From Phenylobacterium sp. (GTDB taxonomy: Bacteria > Pseudomonadota > Alphaproteobacteria > Caulobacterales > Caulobacteraceae): a DNA stretch of 64,000 nucleotides. The position numbers and the translations under genes were made by a program. The stretch lies in assembly GCF_030697305.1 (NCBI RefSeq), contig NZ_JAUYQL010000038.1, positions 23,531 to 87,530 of the forward strand. Reading direction: 5' to 3'. The notes beneath the pieces were generated by a model. It was not told where the DNA came from. It did no database searches and worked only from the letters and a program-made list of their open reading frames with translations. This document shows positions 20,472-31,004 of the stretch, in pieces; within the stretch, counting starts at the first letter, position 1; each line of letters begins with the position of its first letter.

Positions 20472-21272
20472 TCAACGCCCCTCGAACTTCGCCGGGCGCT
20501 TCTCGGCGAAGGCGGCGAAGGCTTCGGCGCGGTCGCGGGTCGGGAAGATCTGGGCGTGACGCTCGGTTTCCGCCAGGCTGAAGGCGCGCATGTCCATGCG
20601 CTCGGCGTCGAGGAAGTTGGCCTTCAGCGCCTTGAGCGCCAGCGGCGCGGAATTGGCGAGCTGGGTGGTGAGCTTGTCCAGCTCGGTCTCGAAAGCCGCC
20701 TCGTCGAACACGCGAGTGACCATGCCCATGTCCAGCGCCTCCTGCGCGCCGAACTTGCGCGGGAAGAAGTAGAGGTCGCGCGCCCGGCCCGCGCCGACGA
20801 TCCGCGACAGCGTCCAGGGGCCGGCCATGTCGCCCGCCGCGCCCACCGCCAGGAACGCCGTGTTGAACGCCGCGCGCGTGTCGGCGAAGCGCAAGTCGCA
20901 ACCCAAGGCCCAGCCGAAGCCCGCACCGGCGCACGCGCCGCGCACGGCGGCGATGGTCACCGGCGCCATCTCATGCAGCAGCACCGGCAGGTGAAAGTAG
21001 GTGCGGTCCTGGGCCAGGTGCTGCGGTTGGTCGCTGGCTTCGGAATTGTACTGCTTGATGTCGGCCCCGGCGCAGAAGTCCGCGCCCTCGCCCCGCAGCA
21101 CGACGACGCGGACGCTAGGGTCCTTCGACGCCTCCAGCGCCGCGTCGTAGATCGCCGCAGCGGTGCCGTAGCGCAGGCTGTTGCGCGCCTGCGGACGGTT
21201 GATGCGGATGGTCGCAACGCCGTCCTTGACCCCGTAGATCACGTCTTCCGGATGCTTGGTGAAAGCGGTCAT
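20472..21272 (-). CDS. Enoyl-CoA hydratase/isomerase family (PaaG-like)
   Basis: 'INRPQARNSL', 'FCAGADI', 'GACAGAG', 'CDLR'. Confidence 0.85.
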   Translation of the reverse strand: MTAFTKHPEDVIYGVKDGVATIRINRPQARNSLRYGTAAAIYDAALEASKDPSVRVVVLRGEGADFCAGADIKQYNSEASDQPQHLAQDRTYFHLPVLLHEMAPVTIAAVRGACAGAGFGWALGCDLRFADTRAAFNTAFLAVGAAGDMAGPWTLSRIVGAGRARDLYFFPRKFGAQEALDMGMVTRVFDEAAFETELDKLTTQLANSAPLALKALKANFLDAERMDMRAFSLAETERHAQIFPTRDRAEAFAAFAEKRPAKFEGR

Positions 21273-22090
21273 TTGGGGAATCCTTCGCTGACGGGGGCAA
21301 ATGCGGGAGGACGGCGCTCGACGAACGAGGCGCCGCCCTCGACCGCGTCAGGGTGCTTCAGGGCGGCCTGCATGATCCGCTCGCAATCCTCGGACGCGGC
21401 GACGAAGTCCATCGACAGGTGCCGATAGACCATCGTCTTGATGGTGGCGACGGCGCGTGGCGCGACATTGGCCTTGAGCATGGCCACGTAATCGATGGCG
21501 GCCTGGACCAGGTCGGCGGCCGGAACCACGCGGTCGACCAGGCCGATGCGCAGCGCCTCCTGGGCGTCGACCTTGCGCGAACTCCACAGCAGATCGAGGG
21601 CGCGGCTGGTTCCGATCTGGCGCGGCAGTAGCCAGCTCATGGCGTGTTCGGCGATCAGACCGCGCTTGGAGAACACGGTGATGAAGGTCGCCTCCTCTGC
21701 GGCGAAGCGCAGGTCGGACATCATCGCCAGCACGAAGCCGCCGCCGGCCGCCACGCCGTTGATCGCGCAGATCACCGGCTTGGGCGTACCCAGCAGATAG
21801 CCGAACAGCGCCGGCGTGCCGTCGCCGGCCTCGAAATGCGGGCGCGGCTTGCCCGCGGCGCCCGTTGAATTCTGCAGTACGCCCATGTCCATGCCGGCGC
21901 TGAAGCCGCGGCCTTCGCCGGTGAACACCAGGGCGAACACGGCGTCGTCGGCGGTGGCCCGCTTCACCGCGGCGCGGATGCCGTCGATCATGCCCAGAGA
22001 CAGCGCGTTCAGCGCCTCGGGCCGGGTCAAGGTGATCAGGGCGACGTTGTCGCGCACCTCATACTTCAGGTGGTCGGCCGTCTCACCCAT
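21269..22090 (-). CDS. Enoyl-CoA hydratase/isomerase family
   Basis: 'RPEALNAL', 'FSAGMDM', 'INGVAAGGG', 'EALRIGLV'. Confidence 0.85.
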   Translation of the reverse strand: MGETADHLKYEVRDNVALITLTRPEALNALSLGMIDGIRAAVKRATADDAVFALVFTGEGRGFSAGMDMGVLQNSTGAAGKPRPHFEAGDGTPALFGYLLGTPKPVICAINGVAAGGGFVLAMMSDLRFAAEEATFITVFSKRGLIAEHAMSWLLPRQIGTSRALDLLWSSRKVDAQEALRIGLVDRVVPAADLVQAAIDYVAMLKANVAPRAVATIKTMVYRHLSMDFVAASEDCERIMQAALKHPDAVEGGASFVERRPPAFAPVSEGFPK

Positions 22091-22196
22091 ACGCGTCTGC
22101 TCCCATGATCCGGGCGCGGCCCGTTACGCTTTGCGGCATCTTTCTTGGATGCTACGCCCAAAGGCAACCGACCGATCCGACGGCGTCGACGAGGAA

Positions 22197-22976
22197 ATGC
22201 GGATGAGCGAGTACCGGCTGCGCCAGGTGGCTCTGATGGCTGAGGACCTTGGCGAGGTTTCCCGCCAGCTCGAGCAGATGTTCGGCGTGGAGGTCGGCTT
22301 CAACGACCCCAGCCTGGTCACCTGGGGACTGATCAATGCGGTGTTCCCGGTGGGTTCGGACTTCATCGAGGTCGCCCAGCCGACGGTCGACGAGGCCCCC
22401 GGCCGCCGGTTCATGGACAAGCGCGGCGGCGACGCCGGCTACATGGTGATCTTCCAGGCCGAGGACGCCGACGCCCATCGCCGGAGGCTGGAAGCGAAGG
22501 GCGCCAGGGTCATCGAGCTGTTGGACTACGACGACCACGTGGCCGTGCAGTTCCATCCGAAGGACTTCGGCGGGACTCTGACCTCGATCGACGAGGCGCG
22601 CGGCGCAGCGGACTGGCTGAGCGCGGACTGCCACTGGCATCCGGCGGGCGCCGACTGGATGGCGGCGCGCAACGGCGACACTTTGGGCATCGCCGCCGTC
22701 GCCGTGCAGCACCCTAACCCCGAGGCGGTCGCGGCGCGGTGGTCGGAACTGCTCGAACTGCCGGTGAGCGCAGGCCCGAACGGTCCCGCCATCGAAGTGC
22801 TCGATGGACGGATCGACTTCGTCCCAGCACGCGGCGGCGCAGGCGACGGCGTGGTCGGGCTGGAGATCCGCGTCCCGAACGTTGAAGCCGCACTGAAGCG
22901 CGCGCGAGACGCCGGCCTCCCCGTCGACAATGGCGCGGCGATGATTGGCGGCGTCGCCTTCCGACCGGTGACTTAA
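22197..22976 (+). CDS. VOC/glyoxalase-like domain protein
   Basis: 'RLRQVAL', 'GL.NAV.PVG.DFIEV', 'RGGDAGYMVI.Q', 'QFHPKD.GG'. Confidence 0.7.
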   Translation: MRMSEYRLRQVALMAEDLGEVSRQLEQMFGVEVGFNDPSLVTWGLINAVFPVGSDFIEVAQPTVDEAPGRRFMDKRGGDAGYMVIFQAEDADAHRRRLEAKGARVIELLDYDDHVAVQFHPKDFGGTLTSIDEARGAADWLSADCHWHPAGADWMAARNGDTLGIAAVAVQHPNPEAVAARWSELLELPVSAGPNGPAIEVLDGRIDFVPARGGAGDGVVGLEIRVPNVEAALKRARDAGLPVDNGAAMIGGVAFRPVT

Positions 22977-22978
22977 GC

Positions 22979-24109
22979 GTGGCCGGCGTCGAGGTCCTGG
23001 GTTTCGCCCATGCCCCATTCGGAGCGGTGAAGGACGCCTTCGCCGCCAACTTCGCGGAAGGCCGCGAGCTGGGCGCTCGTTTCAGCCTGGTGCGCGAGGG
23101 CGAGACTGTAGTCGACCTGCATGCGGGCTTTGCCGATCGCGCCCGTACGCGGGCGTTCGGCGCCGACACCCTGGCGACGTTGTTCTCGACCACCAAGGCG
23201 CTGGCGGCGCTGATGATGGCGCGGCTGGTGGACCAGGGCCGCCTCGCCTACGACCAGCCGGTGGCCGATGTCTGGCCGGAGTTCGCCCAGGCCGGTAAGG
23301 CAGGCGTCACAGTCGAGCAGGCGCTGTCGCACCAGGCCGGACTGTGCGGGTTCCTGGAGCCCATGGAGCCGTCGCTGTGGTTCGACTGGCAGGCGATCTG
23401 CGACCGGTTGGCGTCGATGGCGCCGATCTGGCCACCGGGCACGGCCAGCGGCTACCACCCGCTCACCTATGGCTACCTGGCGGGCGAGATCTTCCGCCGC
23501 GTCGACGGCCGCACCCTGGGCCGGGCGCTGCACGAGGATATCGCCGAGCCATTCGGCCTGGATATCTGGATCGGGCTGCCCGACGCCGAGCATGACCGCG
23601 TCGCCCAGGTGCAGCGGCCGAGCGCCCTGCCCGACTTCGGCGAGATCAATGCGGCGACGCGCGCGGCCTTCCTGTCGCCCTGGTCACAGCCGGGCGGACG
23701 GCCGGAGGCGGAATGGCGGCGCATCGAGGTGCCGTCGGCCAACGGCCACGCGACCGCTTTGGCATTGGCCCGGTTGTTCGGGGCCCTGGCCGACGACGGC
23801 TGGCTGGACGGCGAACAGATCCTGTCGCCGGCGCTGATCGGTGAACTGGCGCGCGAGCGGATCGGCGGCCAGGACCTGGTGCTGCCGTTCGAGATGAGCT
23901 GGGCGGCCGGCGTGTTCCGCAATGCGCCTTTGAAGGCCTGGGGGCCGGCGGAACAGAGCTTCGGCCATTCTGGCTGGGGCGGCAGTTGCGTCTTCGCCGA
24001 TCCGGAACGGCGGCTCGGCGGGGCCTATGTGATGAACAAGCAGTCCACCGACCTGGTCGGCGACGCCCGGCCGAAGCGGTTGATCGAGGCGGCCTACGCG
24101 GCGCTCTGA
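22979..24109 (+). CDS. Serine hydrolase, beta-lactamase-like family VIII esterase
   Basis: SxxK 'FSTTK', 'LSHQAG', 'GYHPLTYG', 'FGHSGWGGS..FADP'; GTG start. Confidence 0.88.
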   Translation: MAGVEVLGFAHAPFGAVKDAFAANFAEGRELGARFSLVREGETVVDLHAGFADRARTRAFGADTLATLFSTTKALAALMMARLVDQGRLAYDQPVADVWPEFAQAGKAGVTVEQALSHQAGLCGFLEPMEPSLWFDWQAICDRLASMAPIWPPGTASGYHPLTYGYLAGEIFRRVDGRTLGRALHEDIAEPFGLDIWIGLPDAEHDRVAQVQRPSALPDFGEINAATRAAFLSPWSQPGGRPEAEWRRIEVPSANGHATALALARLFGALADDGWLDGEQILSPALIGELARERIGGQDLVLPFEMSWAAGVFRNAPLKAWGPAEQSFGHSGWGGSCVFADPERRLGGAYVMNKQSTDLVGDARPKRLIEAAYAAL

Positions 24110-25017
24110 ACCGCCGCGGCGGCCAGGCGGCTGCGTCGCCACGCGCCCCACAGGAACACGCCGACGCCGATCCAGATGAACACGAACGACATGCCGCGCA
24201 GCCAGGTGAACGGTTCGCCCTGCAGCACGCCCATGAAGAAGGTGATGGTCGGCGTGATGAATTGCAGGAAGCCGATCGCCGACAGCGGGATGCGTCTGGC
24301 CGACCAGGAGAACATCATCAGCGGCACGGCGGTGAGCACGCCTGCGAAGACGAACGCGGCGGCCACGCCCGCGTCGCTCAGGAAGTGTCCGCCCCCCGAT
24401 CGCTCCAGCCAGAGGACGTAGGCGAGCCCGCAAGCGCCCAGCATCAGACACTCGATCAGCAGACCAGTCTGGGCGTCGGCCGCCACCTGCTTGCGCACCA
24501 GGCCATAGGTGCTGAAGCTCAGCGCCAGGACGATGGAGATGATCGGGAGCTGACCGATCGCCGCCGTTTGCAAGGCGATGCCGGCGGCGGCGAGGCCGAT
24601 CGCGACCTTGGCTGAGCCGTCCATGCGCTCACGGAACAGCAGCGCCCCGCTGGCGATATTGAACAGGGGCGTGATGAAGTAGCCGAGGCTGGTCTCCAGC
24701 ACCCGGCCGGTGTTCACCGCTGTGATGTAGAGCACCCAGTTGAGGGTGATCAGGCAGGCGGAGATCGCCAGCAGACCCAGCACCTTGGGCTGGCGTAAGA
24801 CAGCGAGGAACTGGGATTGCTGGTTCGCCAGCACGACGAACAGCGCCGCCGGCGGGATCGCCCATACCGTCCGCTGGGCGAGGATCTCCCACGGTCCGCC
24901 GCCGTGTCGGGCGATGAACTGGAACAACAGGGGCATGAACCCCCAGATGACATAGCAACCGGCGCCGGCTCCGAGCGCGAGGCGCTGTTCGGAACCGGCG
25001 GCCGATTGCGCTGTCAT
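24094..25017 (-). CDS. rarD: EamA-family transporter RarD
   Basis: 'Y.IWG..PL', 'LETSLGYFITPL', 'YGLVRK', 'G.LQFITP'. Confidence 0.88.
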   Translation of the reverse strand: MTAQSAAGSEQRLALGAGAGCYVIWGFMPLLFQFIARHGGGPWEILAQRTVWAIPPAALFVVLANQQSQFLAVLRQPKVLGLLAISACLITLNWVLYITAVNTGRVLETSLGYFITPLFNIASGALLFRERMDGSAKVAIGLAAAGIALQTAAIGQLPIISIVLALSFSTYGLVRKQVAADAQTGLLIECLMLGACGLAYVLWLERSGGGHFLSDAGVAAAFVFAGVLTAVPLMMFSWSARRIPLSAIGFLQFITPTITFFMGVLQGEPFTWLRGMSFVFIWIGVGVFLWGAWRRSRLAAAAVQSAA

Positions 25018-26048
25018 TACGCCAGGGCCTTGGTCCGGATCAGGCCGCGTTCGTCGAGCAATTGGGCAATCTGCACGGCGTTGAGCGCCGCGCCCTTGCG
25101 CAGGTTGTCGGCGACCACCCACAGGTTCAGGCCGTGCTCGACGGTCGGATCGTTGCGGATGCGGCTGATGAAGACCGGGAACTCGCCCTGGGCTTCCTTC
25201 GGCGTGATGTAGCCTTTGTCGTCGCGCTTATCGATCACGATGATCCCGGGGCTTTCGCGCAGCAGTTCGCGGGCCTCGTCCTCGTCGATGGGGTCGTGGA
25301 ACTCGATATTCACCGCTTCCGAGTGGCCGACCATGACCGGCACACGCACGCAGGTGACCGTCAGCTTGATCGCCGGGTCGATCATCTTGTGCGTCTCGTT
25401 CCACATCTTGGCTTCTTCGTCGGTGTAGCCGTCGTCGTTGAAGGCGCCGATGAAGGGGATGACGTTGAACGCGATCTGCTTGGGAAACTTTTTTGGCTCA
25501 GACGGGCCGAGCACGAACACGCCCTTGGTCTGATCCCAGAGCTCGTCCATGCCTTCCTTGCCGGCCCCGGAGACCGACTGGTAGGTCGACACCACAACCC
25601 GCTTGATGCGCGCGCGATCGTGCAGCGGCTTCAGCGCCACCACCAGTTGAGCGGTGGAGCAGTTCGGGTTGGCGATGATGTTCTTCTTGTGCGCGAAGTC
25701 GACGTCGTCGGGGTTCACTTCCGGGACGATCAGCGGCACGTCGGGGTCCATGCGCCAGGCCGACGAATTGTCGATGACGATGGGGCCGGCCGCGCCGATC
25801 TTCGGCGCCCACTGCTTGGAGAATGAGCCGCTCACGGACATCAACACCAGGTCGACGGTGGAGAAGTCGAACTGTTCGACGTCTTCACAGGCGATGTTGG
25901 AATTGCCGAAGGACACTTGCACGCCGATGGATTTCCGCGAGGCGATCGCGTGAATCTTGTCCACGGGGAAGTTCACTTCCTCGAGGATGTTCAGCATTTC
26001 GCGGCCCACGTTGCCCGTGGCGCCTACGACGGCGACCCGGTAACCCAT
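25017..26048 (-). CDS. asd: Aspartate-semialdehyde dehydrogenase
   Basis: 'VVGATGNVG', 'IDNSSAWRM', 'ANPNCST', 'DNLRKGAALN'. Confidence 0.96.
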   Translation of the reverse strand: MGYRVAVVGATGNVGREMLNILEEVNFPVDKIHAIASRKSIGVQVSFGNSNIACEDVEQFDFSTVDLVLMSVSGSFSKQWAPKIGAAGPIVIDNSSAWRMDPDVPLIVPEVNPDDVDFAHKKNIIANPNCSTAQLVVALKPLHDRARIKRVVVSTYQSVSGAGKEGMDELWDQTKGVFVLGPSEPKKFPKQIAFNVIPFIGAFNDDGYTDEEAKMWNETHKMIDPAIKLTVTCVRVPVMVGHSEAVNIEFHDPIDEDEARELLRESPGIIVIDKRDDKGYITPKEAQGEFPVFISRIRNDPTVEHGLNLWVVADNLRKGAALNAVQIAQLLDERGLIRTKALA

Positions 26049-26181
26049 AGACGTATCTCCTGTTTTTGAGGGAGGGTCCCGTTACTCCTCCTGAGGCCCT
26101 GGCGCAAGGCGCACCAGGCCACAGCGCGGGTGAATTGCGCGCTGCAACATCATCAAACCACCGCGTCGCGATGGAGTTCGT

Positions 26182-27234
26182 TCAGAGTTTGGCGATCACC
26201 GCGTCGGCCATCTGGCCCGTCGACAGAGTCCCGCCGATGTCCGGCGTGCGGGCGCCGTCCTCCAGCGCCCCCACCACTGCGGCCTTCAGGCGGTCGGCGA
26301 GGTCGGCGCGGCCCAGTGACCAGCGAAGGGCCATCTCGAACGACAGGATGGCGGCCAGCGGATTGGCGACCCCCTTGCCGGTGATGTCGGGGGCAGACCC
26401 ATGGATCGGCTCGAACAGGCCAGGCGTGCCCGGTGCGCCCAGCGCCGCCGACGGCAGCAGGCCCAGGCCGCCGGTCAGTTGCGCCGCCTCGTCCGACAGG
26501 ATGTCGCCGAACAGATTGTCGGTGACGATGACATCGAACTGCTTGGGGTTCTTCACCAGTTGCATGGCGGCGTTGTCGGCCAGCATGTGCTCGAGCTGCA
26601 CGTCGGGATAGTCCTTGGCGTGCAGGGCGGTGACGACCTCGCGCCACAACAGCCCAGTCTCCATGACGTTGGACTTCTCGGCCGAGGTCACTTTGTTGCG
26701 CCGGCCGCGGGCGAGTTCGAAGGCCACACGGCTGACGCGCTCGATCTCCGAGGTCGTGTAGACCTGGGTGTCGACCCCGCGGCGCTGGCCGTCGGCCAGG
26801 GTCTCGATGCCGCGCGGCTGGCCGAAATAGACCCCACCCGTCAGCTCACGGACGATCATGATGTCCAAGCCCTGGACCACTTCCCGCTTCAGGGACGAGG
26901 CGTCGGCGAGCGCGTCGAAGCAGATCGCCGGGCGCAGATTGGCGAACACCGCCATGCCGGTGCGCAGGTTCAGCAGGCCGGCCTCGGGGCGCAGATGCCG
27001 CGGGGCGTCGGCCCATGCAGGCCCGCCCACCGCGCCCATCAGCACCGCTTTTGAGGCCTGGGCGAGCGCCAGGGTGTCGTCGGTGAGCGGCGCGCCGAAC
27101 TGGTCGAAGCTCGACCCGCCGAACGCACGCTCCTCGATCGCCAGGTCGTTGGCGAGCCGGGAGGCGACACGACGGACCTGCTCGGTCACCTCCGGTCCGA
27201 TGCCGTCGCCGGGCAGGAGAAGCACGTCGGTCAT
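26182..27234 (-). CDS. leuB: 3-isopropylmalate dehydrogenase
   Basis: '[10 protein letters not shown]', 'RELTGG.YFG', 'NLFGDILSD', '[10 protein letters not shown]'. Confidence 0.95.
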   Translation of the reverse strand: MTDVLLLPGDGIGPEVTEQVRRVASRLANDLAIEERAFGGSSFDQFGAPLTDDTLALAQASKAVLMGAVGGPAWADAPRHLRPEAGLLNLRTGMAVFANLRPAICFDALADASSLKREVVQGLDIMIVRELTGGVYFGQPRGIETLADGQRRGVDTQVYTTSEIERVSRVAFELARGRRNKVTSAEKSNVMETGLLWREVVTALHAKDYPDVQLEHMLADNAAMQLVKNPKQFDVIVTDNLFGDILSDEAAQLTGGLGLLPSAALGAPGTPGLFEPIHGSAPDITGKGVANPLAAILSFEMALRWSLGRADLADRLKAAVVGALEDGARTPDIGGTLSTGQMADAVIAKL

Positions 27235-27247
27235 GGCTGTGGCCCCC

Positions 27248-27550
27248 TCAGAGTGGTCGCTGCGAGGCGATCTCGTAGAGGGACAGGCGCCGCTCGGAAA
27301 CCCCCAAAGCTTCGCCGGCCGCGCGCCAGGCCTTGAGGTGTTCGGTCTTGCCATGCGCGGACAGCGCCGCCTGGTCGCGCCAGATCTCGAAGATGTGGAT
27401 CAGGCCGGGATCGCCGACGTCTTCGGAGAAGGCGAACGTCTCGCAGCCGTCCTCGGCGCGGTTCGAGGCCAGCACGGTCACCATGTGCGGGCGCAGGGCG
27501 GCGACGTTCTCAGGGGGCACGCGAACGGTGCCGGCGATGATCAGGGTCAT
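27248..27550 (-). CDS. ABM-domain putative quinol monooxygenase
   Basis: 'SRAEDGC-type' motif, 'FE.W.D..AL.AH...H'; embedded in leu operon. Confidence 0.75.
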   Translation of the reverse strand: MTLIIAGTVRVPPENVAALRPHMVTVLASNRAEDGCETFAFSEDVGDPGLIHIFEIWRDQAALSAHGKTEHLKAWRAAGEALGVSERRLSLYEIASQRPL

Positions 27551-28158
27551 GCGCGCTCCAGCCAGGGTTGCGAGATGGCCTGGCGCATCTCGTAGACGTC
27601 GATGTCCTTGGCCGCCTGCAGCGTCTCGCCGATAGCGTCCAGGCCGTTCTGCATCTTGTGCTTGCGCGCAGGGTCGATGTCGAAATGGAAGCGCAGGCCG
27701 GTCGGCGAGACCACGGTCTGCTCGGCGAGGTCGACGGTGACCAGGTGGTTGCCGCCCTGGGCCTCGTCCATCAGCGCCTGCACCTCCTCGGGCTTCAGCA
27801 CCACCGGCAGCAGGCCATTCTGGAAGCAGTTGTTGTAGAAGATGTCCGCGAAGCTGGTGGAGATCACGCAGCGCACGCCGAAGTCCATCAGCGCCCAGGG
27901 CGCATGCTCGCGCGACGAGCCGCAGCCGAAGTTGTCGCCGGCCACCAGCACCGATGCGCCCTTGTACTCCGGACGATTGAGGATGAAGTCCGGCCGCTCG
28001 CGCCCCTCAGGCGTGAAGCGCAGATCGTAGAACAGCCCAGCGCCCAGGCCGACCCGGTCCACGGTCTTGAGGAACTGCTTGGGGATGATCTGGTCGGTGT
28101 CGATGTTGGCCATCGGCAACGGCGCCATGCGCCCGTCCAGGTGGTTGAAAGCTTCCAT
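27547..28158 (-). CDS. leuD: 3-isopropylmalate dehydratase small subunit
   Basis: 'NIDTDQIIP', '[15 protein letters not shown]', 'SFADIF'. Confidence 0.96.
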   Translation of the reverse strand: MEAFNHLDGRMAPLPMANIDTDQIIPKQFLKTVDRVGLGAGLFYDLRFTPEGRERPDFILNRPEYKGASVLVAGDNFGCGSSREHAPWALMDFGVRCVISTSFADIFYNNCFQNGLLPVVLKPEEVQALMDEAQGGNHLVTVDLAEQTVVSPTGLRFHFDIDPARKHKMQNGLDAIGETLQAAKDIDVYEMRQAISQPWLERA

Positions 28159-28173
28159 GTTCGCTCAAGGCCC

Positions 28174-29601
28174 CTAGAGGAAGTCGCGCACGTCGGCGAT
28201 GTGGCCGGCGATCGCCGCGGCGGCGGCCATCGGCGGGCTCATCAGGTGGGTGCGGCCGCCGCGACCCTGGCGGCCCTCGAAGTTGCGGTTCGAGGTCGAG
28301 GCGCAGCGTTCGCCGGGCTCAAGCTGATCGGGGTTCATGCCCAGGCACATCGAGCAGCCGGGCTCGCGCCAGTCGAAACCGGCGGCGATGAACACCTCGT
28401 CCAGCCCCTCGTCCTCGGCCTGGGCCTTCACCAGGCCGGAGCCGGGCACCACCATGGCGTTGACGTGGTCGGCGACACGCAGGCCGCGGTCCAGGGCCTT
28501 CTGCACCACCACGGCGGCGGCGCGCAGGTCCTCGATGCGGCTGTTGGTGCACGAGCCGATGAACACCCGGTCGATCTTCGCCTCGCTGATCGGCTGGCCG
28601 GCGACCAGGCCCATGTACTCCAGCGAGCGGGCCGCGGAGGCGCGCTTGTCGGCGTGCGGATAGCTGGCGGGGTCCGGCACATTCCCGGTCACCGGGACCA
28701 CGTCCTCGGGGCTTGTGCCCCAGGTGACCAGCGGCGCGATCTGGGCCGCGTCGATGGTGATCTCGCGGTCGAACACCGCGTCGTCGTCGGAGCGGAAGGT
28801 CTTCCAGTACGACAGCGCCATTTCCCAAGCGCCGCCCTTGGGCGCCGCCGGACGGCCCATCAGGTAGTCGAAGGTGGTCTGGTCGGCCGCCACCAGGCCC
28901 GCGCGCGCGCCGGCCTCGATGGTCAGGTTGCACAGCGTCATGCGGCCTTCCATCGACAGGGCGCGGACCGCCTCGCCGGCGTATTCGATGACGAAGCCGG
29001 TGCCGCCGGCCGTGCCGATGGTGCTGATCACCGCGAGCGCGAAATCCTTGGCGCCGACGCCGGGTGCGGGCGTCCCCTCGATGTTGACGCGGAAGTTCTT
29101 CGACTTCTTCTGGCGCAGGGTCTGGGTGGCCAGCACATGCTCGACCTCTGACGTGCCGATGCCCTGGGCCAGAGCGCCGAACGCGCCATGGGTGGAGGTG
29201 TGGCTGTCGCCACAGACGATGGTCATGCCGGGCTGGGTGCGGCCCTGTTCGGGACCGACCACGTGGACGATGCCGTTGCGGATGTCGCCCATCGGGAAGA
29301 ACTCGATGCCGAATTCCTCGACGTTGCGGCCCAGCGTCTGCAGTTGCAGGCGCGCCTCTGCGTCGGCCACGCCGTCGACGCCCAGGTCCTGGCCCTCTGT
29401 GGGGATGTTGTGGTCCGCCACCGCCAGCGTGCGGTCGGGCCTGCGCACGGGGCGGTTCGCGGCGCGAAGGCCGGCGAAGGCCTGCGGCGTCGTCACCTCG
29501 TGGATCAGGTGCAGGTCGATATAGAAGACCTCTTCGTCCCCATCGGCGTGGGCGACGACGTGAGCGTCCCAGATCTTGTCGTAGAGCGTCTTTCCGGCCA
29601 T
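28174..29601 (-). CDS. leuC: 3-isopropylmalate dehydratase large subunit
   Basis: 'TLYDKIW', 'HEVTTPQAF', 'CGDSHT.THGAFG', 'IGSCTN.R', '[10 protein letters not shown]'. Confidence 0.96.
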   Translation of the reverse strand: MAGKTLYDKIWDAHVVAHADGDEEVFYIDLHLIHEVTTPQAFAGLRAANRPVRRPDRTLAVADHNIPTEGQDLGVDGVADAEARLQLQTLGRNVEEFGIEFFPMGDIRNGIVHVVGPEQGRTQPGMTIVCGDSHTSTHGAFGALAQGIGTSEVEHVLATQTLRQKKSKNFRVNIEGTPAPGVGAKDFALAVISTIGTAGGTGFVIEYAGEAVRALSMEGRMTLCNLTIEAGARAGLVAADQTTFDYLMGRPAAPKGGAWEMALSYWKTFRSDDDAVFDREITIDAAQIAPLVTWGTSPEDVVPVTGNVPDPASYPHADKRASAARSLEYMGLVAGQPISEAKIDRVFIGSCTNSRIEDLRAAAVVVQKALDRGLRVADHVNAMVVPGSGLVKAQAEDEGLDEVFIAAGFDWREPGCSMCLGMNPDQLEPGERCASTSNRNFEGRQGRGGRTHLMSPPMAAAAAIAGHIADVRDFL

Positions 29602-29736
29602 GGCCGGCATGTAGGCCTTCGGCGCCCGCTACGGCAAGTCCGAGACGGGGCGCCTGAACACAGAAAAACCCGCTCGTCCCGTCGAAGGTCGGTATCCAAG
29701 CAGGCTATCCGCGCGCGCTCTGCAGACCCCGCCCAG

Positions 29737-29763
29737 GCCCCGGCTTTCGCCGGGGTGAGCGGA
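29737..29763 (-). repeat. REP-like palindrome copy 3
   Basis: Minus strand TCCGCTCACCCCGGCGAAAGCCGGGGC, about 8 nt after the rplS stop. Confidence 0.7.
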
Positions 29764-29770
29764 GACGAAC

Positions 29771-30175
29771 TCAGCTTTCGGTGGTTTCCGCAGTCGCAGC
29801 GGCGACCGGCTTGGCGCTCATCGAGCGCTCGGCGATCCTGGCCGACTTCCCGCGACGATCGCGCAGGTAATAGAGCTTGGCGCGCCGCACGACGCCGCGG
29901 CGCTTCACTTCGATCGAATCGATCATCGGCGAGAGCACCGGGAACACCCGCTCGACGCCTTCGCCGAACGAGATCTTGCGCACGGTGAAGCTCTCGTTGA
30001 TGCCGGAGCCGGCGCGGGCGATGCAGACGCCTTCATAGGCCTGGACGCGCTCGCGCTCGCCTTCCTTGATCTTCACGTTGACGCGGACGGTGTCGCCCGG
30101 CTGGAATTCGGGGGTGGAGCGCTGCGCCTTCAGGCGATCTTCTTCTTCGCGCTCAAGGGTCTGGATCACGTTCAT
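29771..30175 (-). CDS. rplS: 50S ribosomal protein L19
   Basis: 'F.PGDTVRV', '[14 protein letters not shown]', 'RRAKLYYLR'. Confidence 0.97.
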   Translation of the reverse strand: MNVIQTLEREEEDRLKAQRSTPEFQPGDTVRVNVKIKEGERERVQAYEGVCIARAGSGINESFTVRKISFGEGVERVFPVLSPMIDSIEVKRRGVVRRAKLYYLRDRRGKSARIAERSMSAKPVAAATAETTES

Positions 30176-30203
30176 CGTCGTCGTCCTTCAGGTCTTTTGG
30201 GCT

Positions 30204-30914
30204 TCATCCGCCCTTTGGCTGTTGATTGGCGAGATGCGCCGCCCATAGATCCGGCCGACGCTCCCGCGTGGTTATTTCGCGCTGCGTCCGCCGCCATGCC
30301 GCCACCTGGGCGTGATGACCGCTGAGCAGCACCTCGGGGATATCGAGCCCTTCGAACGTCCGCGGCCTAGTGTACTGCGGATGCTCGAGGAGCCCGTCCT
30401 CGAAGCTCTCTTCCTTCAAACTCTCCGGCTGGCCCAACACACCCGGCGCCAGCCGTACGCACGCTTCGATCGCCACCATCGCCGCCGCCTCGCCGCCGGC
30501 GAGCACCGCGTCGCCGACCGCGACCTCCTCGAACCCGCGGGCGTCGAGCACCCGCTGGTCCACCCCTTCGAACCGTCCGCACAGGACGATGACGCCGGGA
30601 CCTACAGCCCACTGGGCGACCCTTTCCTGAGACAGGGGCCGACCGCGTGCGCTCATATACAAAAGCGGCCGCCCCCGCCGCTCCACGCTGTCCAGCGCGG
30701 CGGCGATGACGTCCGCTCGCATCACCTGCCCGGGACCGCCACCCGCGGGGGTGTCGTCCAGGAAGCCGCGCTTATCCTTGGAAAAACTGCGGATGTCCAC
30801 CGTTTCCAGGGTCCACAGGCCCGCCTCGCGCCAGGCCGTGCCGATCAGCGAAACGCCGAGCGGGCCGGGAAAGGCCTCGGGAAACATGGTCAGGACGGTG
30901 GCGTCGAACGACAT
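30204..30914 (-). CDS. trmD: tRNA (guanine-N1)-methyltransferase
   Basis: '[10 protein letters not shown]', '[11 protein letters not shown]', 'GD.VL.GGE', 'P.VLLSGHH'. Confidence 0.95.
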   Translation of the reverse strand: MSFDATVLTMFPEAFPGPLGVSLIGTAWREAGLWTLETVDIRSFSKDKRGFLDDTPAGGGPGQVMRADVIAAALDSVERRGRPLLYMSARGRPLSQERVAQWAVGPGVIVLCGRFEGVDQRVLDARGFEEVAVGDAVLAGGEAAAMVAIEACVRLAPGVLGQPESLKEESFEDGLLEHPQYTRPRTFEGLDIPEVLLSGHHAQVAAWRRTQREITTRERRPDLWAAHLANQQPKGG

Positions 30915-31004
30915 GGCCCCGTTCAAGCCTCGCCCGGACGGCGTCCGTCAAGCATCGCAATCACCGGACTTGACCCCAGCGCCCCGGTCGATCCAGGACA
31001 GGGC

